In this document: positions 55,411-64,000 of the stretch, in pieces | Layout: every line of letters starts with the position of its first letter | Numbering within the stretch: position 1 is the stretch's first letter | From: a virus | Taxonomy: Duplodnaviria; Caudoviricetes | Direction: 5' to 3' (one strand) | IMG/VR virus record: IMGVR_UViG_3300046528_000120 | Span: 39,100 to 103,099 of that record | DNA: 64,000 nucleotides | Program-made: the position numbers and the translations under genes | The notes under the pieces: model-generated | What the model saw: only the letters and a program-made list of their open reading frames with translations | What the model was told of the DNA's origin: nothing | The model's database searches: none

Positions 55411-58285
55411 TGCCGCCAAGTGCGAAGGCTGTCTGCTCGACGGCCAGTTCCGCCCGATGGAGCCACGCGGCGGTGAGAACGCGCGCTTCATGATCGTCAC
55501 CGAAGTTCCGAGCGGCGCAGGTCACAAGGAAGGCCGCTTGCTACCGCCCGCTGCCATGCGCATTTTCGGCGCGACCATGGAGCAAGCCGGCTTCAACCGC
55601 GACGACTTCCTGTTCTACCCCTCGTGCCGTTGCCCGATCCCGGAGAACGATTACACCAACCGCGAGAAGAGCACGATTATCAAGCACTGCCGCGCGCACA
55701 TGCACGATGCCATCGCCGATGCGCAGCCGGAAGTGATCGTTCCACTCGGCAAAGACCCGACCTCGCAAGTGTTCGGCCGCAGCGTTAAGATCACCCACGT
55801 CCGGGGCCTCATGAACGAGATCGCCGATGTGCCGGCGCCGGTCTTCCCGATCATCACGCCGTCCCAGGTCGTGGCCTACCCGCAGAACGGCCCACTGTTT
55901 GAAGCTGACGTGCAATCGTTTGCAAGGTTCGTAGAATTCAACTACGACGCGGCCAGCGCCTCGGTGGAACACGGCGACTACCAGATCGTGGACGACCTCC
56001 AGTTCCTGATCGACCGCGACGAAGAACTGCTCTCGTTCGACATGGAGACCACCGGGATTCGCTGGTACAAGCAGGGCGTCGACGTGCGCACCTACAACCC
56101 TGAGCTGCACAAGGGCAATGCTGCGTTCGACCCGCGCTACCAGATTCTGACTTTCCAGTTCAGCACCCGCCCCGGCGAAGGCTTCATGCTGGTATGGGAC
56201 CATCCCGAGAACCCGATCCCGGAAGAGCGCAAGCCGAAGCTGCGCAACCAGCTCCGCAAGTTGCTGTGCAAGGCTGACCGTCTCGTCGGCGGCCACAACG
56301 ACAAGTTCGATAACGTCGGCCTCTGGATGACCGAGGGCATCCGCTACCGCATTTGCTGGGATACCCTCCTGGCCGTCGCCATGCTGGACGAGAACGCGCC
56401 GGAGAAGAACCTGGACGTGATGACCAAGATTCACGTCCCGGAGATGGCCGGCTATGCCGACGAGTTCAACCGCACCGTGGACAAGAGCCGCATGTGGGAA
56501 GTGCCCCTCGACATGATGCGTGGCTACGGCTGCGGCGATACGGACGCGGCGCTGCGCCTATGGCTCGCGCTCGAACCGAAGCTCATGGCCGATGATCGCC
56601 AGTGGTCGAACTACTGCAACGTCGGTATCCCCGGCCTCAACGCCTTGTCCGGCATGGAGACGCGCGGCATGTACGTCGACGTGGAGAACGAGCTGCCGCA
56701 GTTCCAGGCCTACATGGAGGATTCGGTCGGCACCGCCTACACCCGCCTGCTCGGCCAGATTCCGCGCACCATCAAGCGCGAGCACGTCGATGCCCTGAAG
56801 GGCGACGTAGAGAAAGCGCTGTCGTTCGGCCGCAAGGACTTCCTGCGCGATGTCCTGTTCTACCACCCGGACGGCTTCAAGCTGAAACCGCGCGTCTTCA
56901 CCAAGTCCACGCGACACCTGAACGACAAGAACCTGTGGATTCCGTCGACCAGCTCGAAAGACCACCTGCCCTACTTCTTCGAGGAATGCCCGTTCACCTT
57001 CGAGCTGGCCGAGTACGTCAAGGATGAAAGGCTGCTCAGCACGAACATCATCTCGTTCGAGAAGAAATACGTGGTCGGCGGCAAGGTGCGCCCGGTCTAC
57101 AACCTGCACATTGCCGTCACCGGTCGTACCGCGTCGCAAGACCCGAACGGCCAGAACTACCCGAAGCGCTCGGACAAAGCGAAGATGTATCGCAGGATGT
57201 TCAACGCCCCCGAGGGCTACTACGTCTGCGAGCTGGACTTGTCCCAGGCCGAGCTGCGCATCGCGGCAACCATGGCGCGTGACCCGACCATGCTTCAGAT
57301 TTACCGAGAGGCCGGCGACATCCACACGGCGACCGCCCTGGTTGTCCTCAGCATGACCATGGAGCAGTTCCGGCAGTTGCCCAAGGCCGAGCAGAAGCTG
57401 GCACGTACCAAGGCAAAATCGGTCAACTTCGGGTTCCTGTACGGCATGGGCTGGCGCAACTTCATCGTGTTCGCGAAGACCCAATACAACGTGGAGTTCA
57501 CCGAGCAGGAAGCGAAGAACATCCGCGCCGGCTTCTTCAAGAAGTACAGCCGCCTGACGGCATGGCACGAACGTATGCGCAACTTCGCAAAGGAGCACAA
57601 ATTCGTGCGCTCCCTCAGCGGCCGTATCCGTCACCTGCCGATGGTCGACAGTGCCGAAGAGTACATCCAGCAAGAGGCGATGCGTCAAGCGATCAACTCG
57701 CCAGTGCAGGAATTCGGCTCGTCGCTGGGCGTCATGGCACTCGGACGCATGGAAGAGGTGATCGACCCGGAATACCTGCAAATTGTGGGCTTCATCCACG
57801 ATGCTATCGTCGTCTACATCAAGAAGGAATACCTGGACTGGGGCCTCAAGACGGTCAAGGGCTTCATGGAGTCGAACCCGATTGGCGAATGGTTCGGCAG
57901 CGAGATGCTGTGCCCGATTGTGGCCGACGCCGGCTTCGGCACCAACCTCGGCGAGATTCACGAGCTGGAGGGCTTCAGCCTGGATCAGCAGTTCGACTAC
58001 GGCTCGCTGCGCGACAAGGAAGGCAACCTGTTGATCGAGGTTCCGCCGCAGCAGACCCCGCCGAACAATGGCCGCCTGACGCGCTCGCCGTTCACGCTCG
58101 ACACCGACCTGGAGCCAGAAGAGATTCGCCCGGCTACTCGCCGCGTCATGCGTAGTCTCAGCCGTGCACCGGACCCGGCCCCGCGCCGCCCGACCCGCAT
58201 CGTCCGCACGCCGCCCGCCCAGGCCGCACCGGTCGAGCAGGCACCGGCCACAGTGAAGCGTTATACTAGGACACCCGTACGATAA
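55400..58285 (+). CDS. polA: DNA polymerase family A with N-terminal UDG family-4-like domain and 3'-5' exonuclease
   Basis: Exonuclease motifs FDMETTG, HNDKFD and YGCGD; polymerase motifs DLSQAELR, AKSVNFGFLYG and IHDA; N-terminal CxxC...CRCP...C UDG-like region. Confidence 0.93.
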   Translation: MPFDAAKCEGCLLDGQFRPMEPRGGENARFMIVTEVPSGAGHKEGRLLPPAAMRIFGATMEQAGFNRDDFLFYPSCRCPIPENDYTNREKSTIIKHCRAHMHDAIADAQPEVIVPLGKDPTSQVFGRSVKITHVRGLMNEIADVPAPVFPIITPSQVVAYPQNGPLFEADVQSFARFVEFNYDAASASVEHGDYQIVDDLQFLIDRDEELLSFDMETTGIRWYKQGVDVRTYNPELHKGNAAFDPRYQILTFQFSTRPGEGFMLVWDHPENPIPEERKPKLRNQLRKLLCKADRLVGGHNDKFDNVGLWMTEGIRYRICWDTLLAVAMLDENAPEKNLDVMTKIHVPEMAGYADEFNRTVDKSRMWEVPLDMMRGYGCGDTDAALRLWLALEPKLMADDRQWSNYCNVGIPGLNALSGMETRGMYVDVENELPQFQAYMEDSVGTAYTRLLGQIPRTIKREHVDALKGDVEKALSFGRKDFLRDVLFYHPDGFKLKPRVFTKSTRHLNDKNLWIPSTSSKDHLPYFFEECPFTFELAEYVKDERLLSTNIISFEKKYVVGGKVRPVYNLHIAVTGRTASQDPNGQNYPKRSDKAKMYRRMFNAPEGYYVCELDLSQAELRIAATMARDPTMLQIYREAGDIHTATALVVLSMTMEQFRQLPKAEQKLARTKAKSVNFGFLYGMGWRNFIVFAKTQYNVEFTEQEAKNIRAGFFKKYSRLTAWHERMRNFAKEHKFVRSLSGRIRHLPMVDSAEEYIQQEAMRQAINSPVQEFGSSLGVMALGRMEEVIDPEYLQIVGFIHDAIVVYIKKEYLDWGLKTVKGFMESNPIGEWFGSEMLCPIVADAGFGTNLGEIHELEGFSLDQQFDYGSLRDKEGNLLIEVPPQQTPPNNGRLTRSPFTLDTDLEPEEIRPATRRVMRSLSRAPDPAPRRPTRIVRTPPAQAAPVEQAPATVKRYTRTPVR

Positions 58286-58303
58286 CCACCAAAGGAGAAC
58301 AAC

Positions 58304-58855
58304 ATGCCAACACCCCCGCGCATCGTGCGGGGTGCTCCACGCACCCCCGTAACAGCCCCGGCCCGCATCGTTCGCACCGCCGCCCGTACCGCTCGCGTCA
58401 CTTCGGCCACTGCCGCTGTCGACCAAGCCGCGCAGCGCGCACAGGATATCGCCGACATCGAAGAATCGTTGCAATCAATTGCAGACCTGAAGATTCAGAT
58501 GGCCGAGCTTCAGGACAAAGTCACCGAGCACGAGGCTTCGATCCTGGCCAAGATGAAGCGCAGCAAGATCGCCGACATTATCCACGCCGGCCTGCAAGCG
58601 ATCCTCGCGCCGACCTTCAGCAACGAGAAGAAGGAGATCGACCCGCTGAAGCTGTTCAACAAGAAGGGGATCAACCGCAGCGACTTCTTCAAGATGGTCA
58701 AGGTGCAGATCGGCGAGGTCGGCAAATATCTCGCAGAGAACGAGATTCGTGAGCTGGCCAAGATTACGCCGCCGCAGAAGACCGGCGAAGCGCTGACGAT
58801 CAAGCCGGTGAAGGCCGCTGCCAGCAAGACCGTGATCAGGAACAAGACGAGATGA
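58304..58855 (+). CDS. Hypothetical basic coiled-coil protein
   Basis: AAGGAG RBS; two PxRIVR motifs at the N-terminus. Confidence 0.75.
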   Translation: MPTPPRIVRGAPRTPVTAPARIVRTAARTARVTSATAAVDQAAQRAQDIADIEESLQSIADLKIQMAELQDKVTEHEASILAKMKRSKIADIIHAGLQAILAPTFSNEKKEIDPLKLFNKKGINRSDFFKMVKVQIGEVGKYLAENEIRELAKITPPQKTGEALTIKPVKAAASKTVIRNKTR

Positions 58856-59136
58856 ACCGACGCATCGCTATCATCGGCGGTGGATCGCTGACCTCGGCCC
58901 TGACTACTGCTATTGCGCATACCGGGGCCGGCGTCGTCATCATCCATGACCGTCAACCGAAGCAGGATCATACCCAGACCCTCGCCGAAATCCCGGGCGA
59001 CTACACCGCTAACTTCGTCGAGCCGGAGCCGGTCAACCTCGCACCAGCACTGAGCCGGCGTGAGCGCCGAGGTGACAAGTCTGAATCGTTCTATGCTCGA
59101 CGAGATCAAATCGCCCGCAAAGGAGGTAAGAGATAA
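58852..59136 (+). CDS. Hypothetical protein
   Basis: Coupled ORF; starts RIAIIGGG. Confidence 0.6.
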   Translation: MNRRIAIIGGGSLTSALTTAIAHTGAGVVIIHDRQPKQDHTQTLAEIPGDYTANFVEPEPVNLAPALSRRERRGDKSESFYARRDQIARKGGKR

Positions 59137-59185
59137 TCGTAGTCACGGCATGAATTGGTCATGCCGGCCGAATCTGGAGAGCATC

Positions 59186-59461
59186 ATGGATACATTGCTG
59201 AACATTCCCGTTTGTCACGCCACGGCGGCGCCCGCTGAGGATGGCTGTAACCAGTGTGATTGCAAGGTCTACTTCCCAGTGTTTGATTCGCCTGCCAGCA
59301 GCCATTGGAAAATCGTAGCGGACTGCCCATGTGTCACCAACGACCTCATCAGCAAGGGGATTATCAAGTGTGAAGGCAACACGGTGGAGAGCGGTCGGGA
59401 GACCGAGCGCATCATCCGTGAGCACATACGGAACCATTCACGCCTGCCGAGGAATAGGTGA
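59186..59461 (+). CDS. Cys-rich hypothetical protein
   Basis: GGAG RBS; C..C.C...C.C. Confidence 0.5.
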   Translation: MDTLLNIPVCHATAAPAEDGCNQCDCKVYFPVFDSPASSHWKIVADCPCVTNDLISKGIIKCEGNTVESGRETERIIREHIRNHSRLPRNR

Positions 59462-59465
59462 GACC

Positions 59466-59723
59466 ATGAGCAAGAAACAGATCGCAATCGCTATCGCCGT
59501 CCTGGCCCTGTTCATTTGCGCCATGGAGAAGGGCTGGTTCTTCATCCTGTTCTACGGGGCGTTCCTCTGGCTGGCATGCCCTCAGTACAACTTCCTCAGC
59601 CCGAGCTGCGGGGAGTTCACCGCCGAATTTATTTTAACCCGTATCTACCAAGTAGTGTTTATCGTCGCTGTCATCATCACGATATGGCGACTCCTGAGAA
59701 AACCCAAGGAGCCAAAAGAATGA
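59466..59723 (+). CDS. Small membrane protein
   Basis: Three hydrophobic segments. Confidence 0.55.
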   Translation: MSKKQIAIAIAVLALFICAMEKGWFFILFYGAFLWLACPQYNFLSPSCGEFTAEFILTRIYQVVFIVAVIITIWRLLRKPKEPKE

Positions 59724-60733
59724 CCACCACGAAAATCAAAGAAGAGCTGCGCCAGCACCTCGGCGAACTGCTCAGCGACAAGCTGTACGAAATGACTCGG
59801 TACAACCGCGATGCCCTACACCCTGATTGGTGCGATGCCGCTACCATTGATGAGGTGATCGACGCCATCGCCCCGGCGCTGCCGAAGGAAGATCAGCTCG
59901 TACTCGACCCCGAAGCGGTGCCGGTCCCGACCACGGCCAACATGGCGCGCATGATGCTGGCGCTCGGTTACCAATGGCTCAAAGAGCACGCCCCGCAGCA
60001 CCTGACCGAATCGAAGGCGCCGGCCTGGGAAACGCTGCCGATGGCCGATGTCCCGCACCCGAGCAAGGATGGCACGCGCGTCGTCGGCTTCGTCGTACCT
60101 AACCGTGGCGTTGAAATCCCGCGCCAGCAACTCCGCGAACTTATCGGCAAGCCGCACCCGCGCGACGAGCAAGCCAACTGGATCGCGCCAGTTCAGGGCT
60201 ACACGCCCGGCATTCCCTGGTCGATGCACCTCGAAGCCTACGATGTCTACCGCAAGGAGTATGGCCGGCAGGAAGCGCTGATCGACTACCGCGCCGGTTG
60301 CCGTGGCGGCTTCGGCACCAGCGAACTCGACGCCTGGATTCCCGGCTGGCGCGAGCGCGCATCCGAGATCACCGCACTCAAGGCGGAACTAGTCAAGACC
60401 AAGGAAGCGCTGCATATCGCCCTGGCCGATGCCGTCATGCCGGCGCGCAAGGTCGGCGGCAACTACGAGGCCGAAGGCACCATCGTGAGCACCTTCCAGA
60501 CCCTGGCCGGCAAGACCCGCCATGTCTTCGAGTTCAGCAACCCCGAAGGCATGCTGCACATCTTCGGCCCCGAGCAAGTCGAGATCGCGGGCGCAGTCAA
60601 CGGCGCACCGCCGCCCGACTGTCGCGATGCCATGATCGAATCCGGCTTACCCGCTATCCCAAAGTCCTGCCCTGCTTGCGGCATCGCTAAGCACTGCGCG
60701 CGCACCGGCCTAGAACAGAAGGTGCCGCAATGA
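59720..60733 (+). CDS. Hypothetical multi-domain protein
   Basis: AAGGAG RBS; PW..HLEAY..Y...YG.Q......RGGF; C-terminal CPAC. Confidence 0.7.
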   Translation: MTTTKIKEELRQHLGELLSDKLYEMTRYNRDALHPDWCDAATIDEVIDAIAPALPKEDQLVLDPEAVPVPTTANMARMMLALGYQWLKEHAPQHLTESKAPAWETLPMADVPHPSKDGTRVVGFVVPNRGVEIPRQQLRELIGKPHPRDEQANWIAPVQGYTPGIPWSMHLEAYDVYRKEYGRQEALIDYRAGCRGGFGTSELDAWIPGWRERASEITALKAELVKTKEALHIALADAVMPARKVGGNYEAEGTIVSTFQTLAGKTRHVFEFSNPEGMLHIFGPEQVEIAGAVNGAPPPDCRDAMIESGLPAIPKSCPACGIAKHCARTGLEQKVPQ

Positions 60734-61065
60734 GCGCCGCCGTCGCCGCCATCGAATACGCGCTGAAGACCGAGGACGGTATAGACTTCCTGCGCCACTG
60801 GAACGAAGGCTCGTTCGACATCTGTCGCAAGCACTGGGATGACGCCCCGGAAGCATGCTACATTGGCGCCGATCCCTTGCTGCCGCAGACCAAAGACCTC
60901 CTGGCGCAGAACGAGCGTAAGGGCGACTATGCGCGCCGCTGGCACATCTTCCGCAACCGCGATGCGTTCGACGGAATCGACTTCGACGTGTTCGGCGACC
61001 AGTTCCGCGAAGACGCCGATGCCATCGTCGACACCGCCAAGCAACTACCGGGAACCCTGATATGA
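60730..61065 (+). CDS. Hypothetical protein
   Basis: Coupled ORF. Confidence 0.65.
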   Translation: MSAAVAAIEYALKTEDGIDFLRHWNEGSFDICRKHWDDAPEACYIGADPLLPQTKDLLAQNERKGDYARRWHIFRNRDAFDGIDFDVFGDQFREDADAIVDTAKQLPGTLI

Positions 61066-61217
61066 CCGACCTCAAACTGAAATGGTCCTACCCCGCGATG
61101 ACCAAGCCTTGCTCCATCGAGAGCTGCACCAATCAGGCGGCGGCCAACAGCCACGACCTGTGCGAGCACCACATGGGTGAGTTCAAGGCTTTCCTGCAAC
61201 AGAAGTACAACCGTTGA
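61062..61217 (+). CDS. Small Zn-finger-like protein not in the ORF track
   Basis: MTDLKLKWSYPAMTKPCSIESC...LCEHH; fills the gap and overlaps the upstream stop. Confidence 0.5.
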   Translation: MTDLKLKWSYPAMTKPCSIESCTNQAAANSHDLCEHHMGEFKAFLQQKYNR

Positions 61218-61230
61218 AATTGATTGCAAC

Positions 61231-61518
61231 ATGGACCTGCACGCTATCGCACCCTATCTCGCCGCAGGCGCGGCGTCCTTCTTGTCCGTCTTCCTGAAGG
61301 GCTTCCAGCACCGTAACGTGAACGGCAACCACCTCCGTCTAGTCTTCGTCACTTCGTACGCGATGGCCTTGATGGACGTGGCCGTGGTCGGGATCATCGT
61401 CAAGGGTGGATGGGCTATCGCAATACCTAGTGGCACCGGGGCTGCATGCGGCATGGTCCTGTCGATGAAGTTCCATGACCGCCTGTTCAAACGGAAGGTG
61501 AAACCGAATGGACGCTGA
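61231..61518 (+). CDS. Small membrane protein
   Basis: Three TM-like segments; FL.VFLK.FQ..NV. Confidence 0.65.
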   Translation: MDLHAIAPYLAAGAASFLSVFLKGFQHRNVNGNHLRLVFVTSYAMALMDVAVVGIIVKGGWAIAIPSGTGAACGMVLSMKFHDRLFKRKVKPNGR

Positions 61519-62593
61519 ACAGATCAAAGATGTGCTAGTCGAAGTCGGCATGCGGCGGGGCGACCTCAAGACCATTCACGGCTGGGTCTCGACCAAATGC
61601 CCCCTCGCCGCCTGGAAGCACCAGAAGCGGCGCGATAGTGCGCCGTCCTCCGGGGTCTCGATTCGCGACGAGCCAATCTTCAACTGCTTTACCTGCGGCA
61701 CGAAGAAGCCGCTCTTCGCCATGGTCGAGGAATACGCCACCTATACCGGTGACGACTTCAGCGATCTGGTCGACGAGTTGCGCGAGAGCGCCTACCTGGG
61801 GCCGACTGCGCTGCCGAGCTGGGACCGTCTCAAGGAGCAGCCGCCCGAGGATGAGCTGATGCCGCTCCACGAAGGCCTGTACATGGACCTGTATGAGCCG
61901 GCCGCTGGTCACCCGTACCTTGCCGAGCGCGGGATCAGCGACGCCACAGCCGAGAAGCTGGAGCTGCGCTTCGACCCTGAAGACCGGGTAGACCGCGAGC
62001 ATGGCATCTTCGGCGTCGGTCGCATCCTCTTCCCGGTGCGCGGCCCGAACGGCGCCCTGTACGGCTTCACCGGGCGCGATGTCACCGGGCAGTCGAAGGT
62101 CAAGGCACGCGACTACGCCGGCCTGAAGAAAGCCCTGTGCGTCCTGGGCAGTCACCTACTCGCCAGCGAGAACCCGCCGCATGTCGAGATCGTCGAGGGC
62201 CTGTTCGACTATGCCAACATGGTCGAGCAGGGCTACTACCCTGGCGCGGTCATGCACTCGTCGCTGACCGAGGCCCAGGCCAACATCTTCCGCGACATCG
62301 GCAAGCCGACATACATGCTGTATGACGATGATGACGCGGGAGAGAAGGGCGTGTTGGAGGCCAGCCGCGCGCTGATCGACTACACTCCCATCATGCAAGT
62401 GCGCTACCCCGAGATATGGATCGAGAACCCGAATGAAGACGACGGTGGGCATTACGTGAAAGACCCCGGCGAGCTTCTGAGGGAGGATATTGAATGGATG
62501 CTCCAAGATGCACGCATCATTACCCCGCGTGACATACGCAATATGGAGTACAGAGTCAAGCAGAAGCAGCGCGACTTGACAGACAACCGCTGA
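61508..62593 (+). CDS. DNA primase (Zn-binding + TOPRIM)
   Basis: CP...H...CF.C; YL..RGI; RI.FP; GFTGR; VEGLFD; YDDD.AG; KDPG. Confidence 0.9.
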   Translation: MDAEQIKDVLVEVGMRRGDLKTIHGWVSTKCPLAAWKHQKRRDSAPSSGVSIRDEPIFNCFTCGTKKPLFAMVEEYATYTGDDFSDLVDELRESAYLGPTALPSWDRLKEQPPEDELMPLHEGLYMDLYEPAAGHPYLAERGISDATAEKLELRFDPEDRVDREHGIFGVGRILFPVRGPNGALYGFTGRDVTGQSKVKARDYAGLKKALCVLGSHLLASENPPHVEIVEGLFDYANMVEQGYYPGAVMHSSLTEAQANIFRDIGKPTYMLYDDDDAGEKGVLEASRALIDYTPIMQVRYPEIWIENPNEDDGGHYVKDPGELLREDIEWMLQDARIITPRDIRNMEYRVKQKQRDLTDNR

Positions 62594-62605
62594 AGTAACG
62601 ATAAT
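62576..62605 (+). promoter_or_regulatory. Sigma70-type promoter
   Basis: TTGACA-18 bp-GATAAT. Confidence 0.6.
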
Positions 62606-62614
62606 GGGATTGCG

Positions 62615-63097
62615 ATGACTACAGATCATCAAGACCGCAGATTATCGACAGAAGTAGATTGGCTCGGTGGCAAACTCCGGCCGCTCCGCGAAGGGAAAGC
62701 AGCGATGTTCTCCCTGATTCAAGCAGAGCGGCCCAGCAAGGTGAAGCGGGTCGTGCCGCCGCAACCCAAGCTAATCACCATCGTTCCCGGCTCCGTGTTC
62801 GACTTGCCGCCTACGATTGTCCAGGTCTCGGTATTTAACAACGGATGTTGTTTTGTTGAAATTGATCGCAACGTGGTATCCAAGCTAGTTCTGGCGGGGA
62901 TACCGGCAAGACTCGCCAAAGTCTTGCTTGCCACGCTGCGCTCCACACTCATAGAGGAAAACCATGGCAACTGCACCACGTCGAGTACCCGCAAGAAGCG
63001 CCCCAGCAGCGGCGCAGCCGGCTTCCAGCCGCGCACCCGCCCGAACACCAGCACGGTCACCCGCTCGCAGTACACCAGCACCGACCGCAGCGTATAG
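62615..63097 (+). CDS. Hypothetical protein, 3' part overlapping the SSB gene
   Basis: ORF after the promoter; atypical codons. Confidence 0.4.
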   Translation: MTTDHQDRRLSTEVDWLGGKLRPLREGKAAMFSLIQAERPSKVKRVVPPQPKLITIVPGSVFDLPPTIVQVSVFNNGCCFVEIDRNVVSKLVLAGIPARLAKVLLATLRSTLIEENHGNCTTSSTRKKRPSSGAAGFQPRTRPNTSTVTRSQYTSTDRSV

Positions 63098-64000
63098 CGG
63101 TGACGACGCGCTGGACAAACTGCGTTCCGAGATGGAACGCAACGATGCCGAACGCGAAGCCCGCAAGAACGCCCCGCTGCAACCGTTCCGCTACTTCACC
63201 AAGGTCGGTGAGGAAAGCGAGATCGTGATCGTCGACGACAAGCCGCGCTTCGTCCGCCATGAACACGCCCTCAAGAACCGCCGCACTGGCCGCTACGACA
63301 TCTATGTGCCGTGTATCGACGAGCACTGCGCATGCCCGGCCTGCAACGTCTCCGAGCGTCCGTCCTACTTCGCCATGTACCTCACCGTGATCGACTTCAC
63401 CGGCTACGAGGACAAGGACGGCAACTGGATCGAATTCAGCAAGAAGCTTCTCGTGGTCAAGCAGACCCAGCAGAAGAAGATCGTTCGCTTCTACGACCGC
63501 GAACGCTCGCTGCGCGGCATGCGCCTGACCATGGTCCGCAACGGCGAGAAAGAAGCTGCCATCGGCGACCCGGAATTCGTCGGCTTCCTCACAGAAGAAG
63601 AGCTGCGACAGTACGTCTTCGAGTACACCGACAAGGAAGGCGAAGTGCACACGGTCTACTGCGATGAGCCGTACGACTACGAAGCGCTGATGCCGCCGAT
63701 GACCGAAGACGAAATTCGCGCCCTGGTCGGCGGTGACGCCCCGATGGGTTCGCGCCGCAACGATGACCGCGATCTCGGCCGTGGCAGGGGCCGTGCAGAC
63801 GCTGGCGATGGCTGGGACGATCAGCAGCGCCGCATCGGTTCGCGCCGCGCACCGTCCGCCCCGGCTCGCCGCCCTGCCACCGCCGCTGACGATGTCCAGG
63901 ATGTCGACTACCAGGAAGCCCCGCCCGCGCGTGGCGCTCGTCCGGCGTCGTCGCGCCCGGCACCGGCAGCACGCCCCGCCGCCCCGGCTCGCGCCGCCCC
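62964..64000 (+). CDS. gp32-like single-stranded DNA-binding protein (runs off the window; not in the ORF track)
   Basis: GAGGA RBS and ATG 62964; FRYF...HEH...C....CPAC...YLTVIDF...KKLLV.K; P/A/R-rich termini. Confidence 0.75.
   Translation, partial: MATAPRRVPARSAPAAAQPASSRAPARTPARSPARSTPAPTAAYSGDDALDKLRSEMERNDAEREARKNAPLQPFRYFTKVGEESEIVIVDDKPRFVRHEHALKNRRTGRYDIYVPCIDEHCACPACNVSERPSYFAMYLTVIDFTGYEDKDGNWIEFSKKLLVVKQTQQKKIVRFYDRERSLRGMRLTMVRNGEKEAAIGDPEFVGFLTEEELRQYVFEYTDKEGEVHTVYCDEPYDYEALMPPMTEDEIRALVGGDAPMGSRRNDDRDLGRGRGRADAGDGWDDQQRRIGSRRAPSAPARRPATAADDVQDVDYQEAPPARGARPASSRPAPAARPAAPARAA

Larger units (their letters stand above)
1472..62871. repeat. Dispersed 16-bp quasi-palindrome TTG(C/A)AAT-(CA/TG)-ATT(G/T)CAA, about 41 copies
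   Basis: Copies read by eye start at 1472, 2761, 4184, 5049, 6837, 9366, 10139, 11406, 12467, 14465, 15578, 16640, 18247, 19541, 19921, 19976, 21663, 22344, 25978, 27757, 29229, 32676 (degenerate), 34505, 37894, 38809, 38849, 39617, 42407, 43699, 44822, 45761, 48716, 49809, 51758, 53181, 54833, 55162, 55910, 58469, 61214 and 62856. Confidence 0.95.

Noticed and set aside
11828-58474. Long minus-strand ORFs (11828-13507, 21810-23300, 23565-25712, 29099-32158, 56558-58474 and others)
   Set aside because: They are antisense shadows of GC3-rich + strand genes, with no recognisable motifs or RBS.
1472-62871. The 16-bp motif as a CRISPR repeat, REP/IS end, FNR box or IHF site
   Set aside because: Copies are kilobases apart with no spacer array or transposase. 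The motif contains ATCAA/TTGAT but fits neither TTGAT-N4-ATCAA nor WATCAA-N4-TTR.
1-64000. tRNA genes, integrase/repressor lysogeny module, terminase, diversity-generating retroelement
   Set aside because: No supporting motifs were seen by eye; lifestyle cannot be determined from this window.

Overview
This 64 kb GC-rich window is a segment of a tailed dsDNA phage genome with siphovirus-type, lambda-like tail genes. Essentially every credible gene is on the + strand. Gene order: small accessory and nucleotide-metabolism genes (1-11.9 kb); head (portal, XkdF-type protease, scaffold, major capsid); neck and tail (tube, frameshifted chaperone, tape measure, M/L/K/I/J homologues, fibres); lysis cassette; a Ycf46-like AAA ATPase / DUF1257 / DUF2997 operon; and a replication module (initiator with candidate origin, loader, DnaB helicase, UDG-fused PolA, primase, gp32-like SSB). 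No terminase, integrase, tRNA, CRISPR array or reverse transcriptase was recognised. The strongest unexplained signal is an AT-rich 16-bp quasi-palindrome, TTG(C/A)AAT-CA/TG-ATT(G/T)CAA. I counted about 41 copies by eye, roughly one per 1.5 kb, both inside ORFs (via rare codons) and at recurring distances from promoters and terminators. A second genome-wide pattern is a P-x-R-I-V-R peptide motif in the disordered tails of many unrelated proteins. Two intergenic regions fold into multi-stem RNA-like structures. All family assignments come from motif recognition by eye, not database searches.
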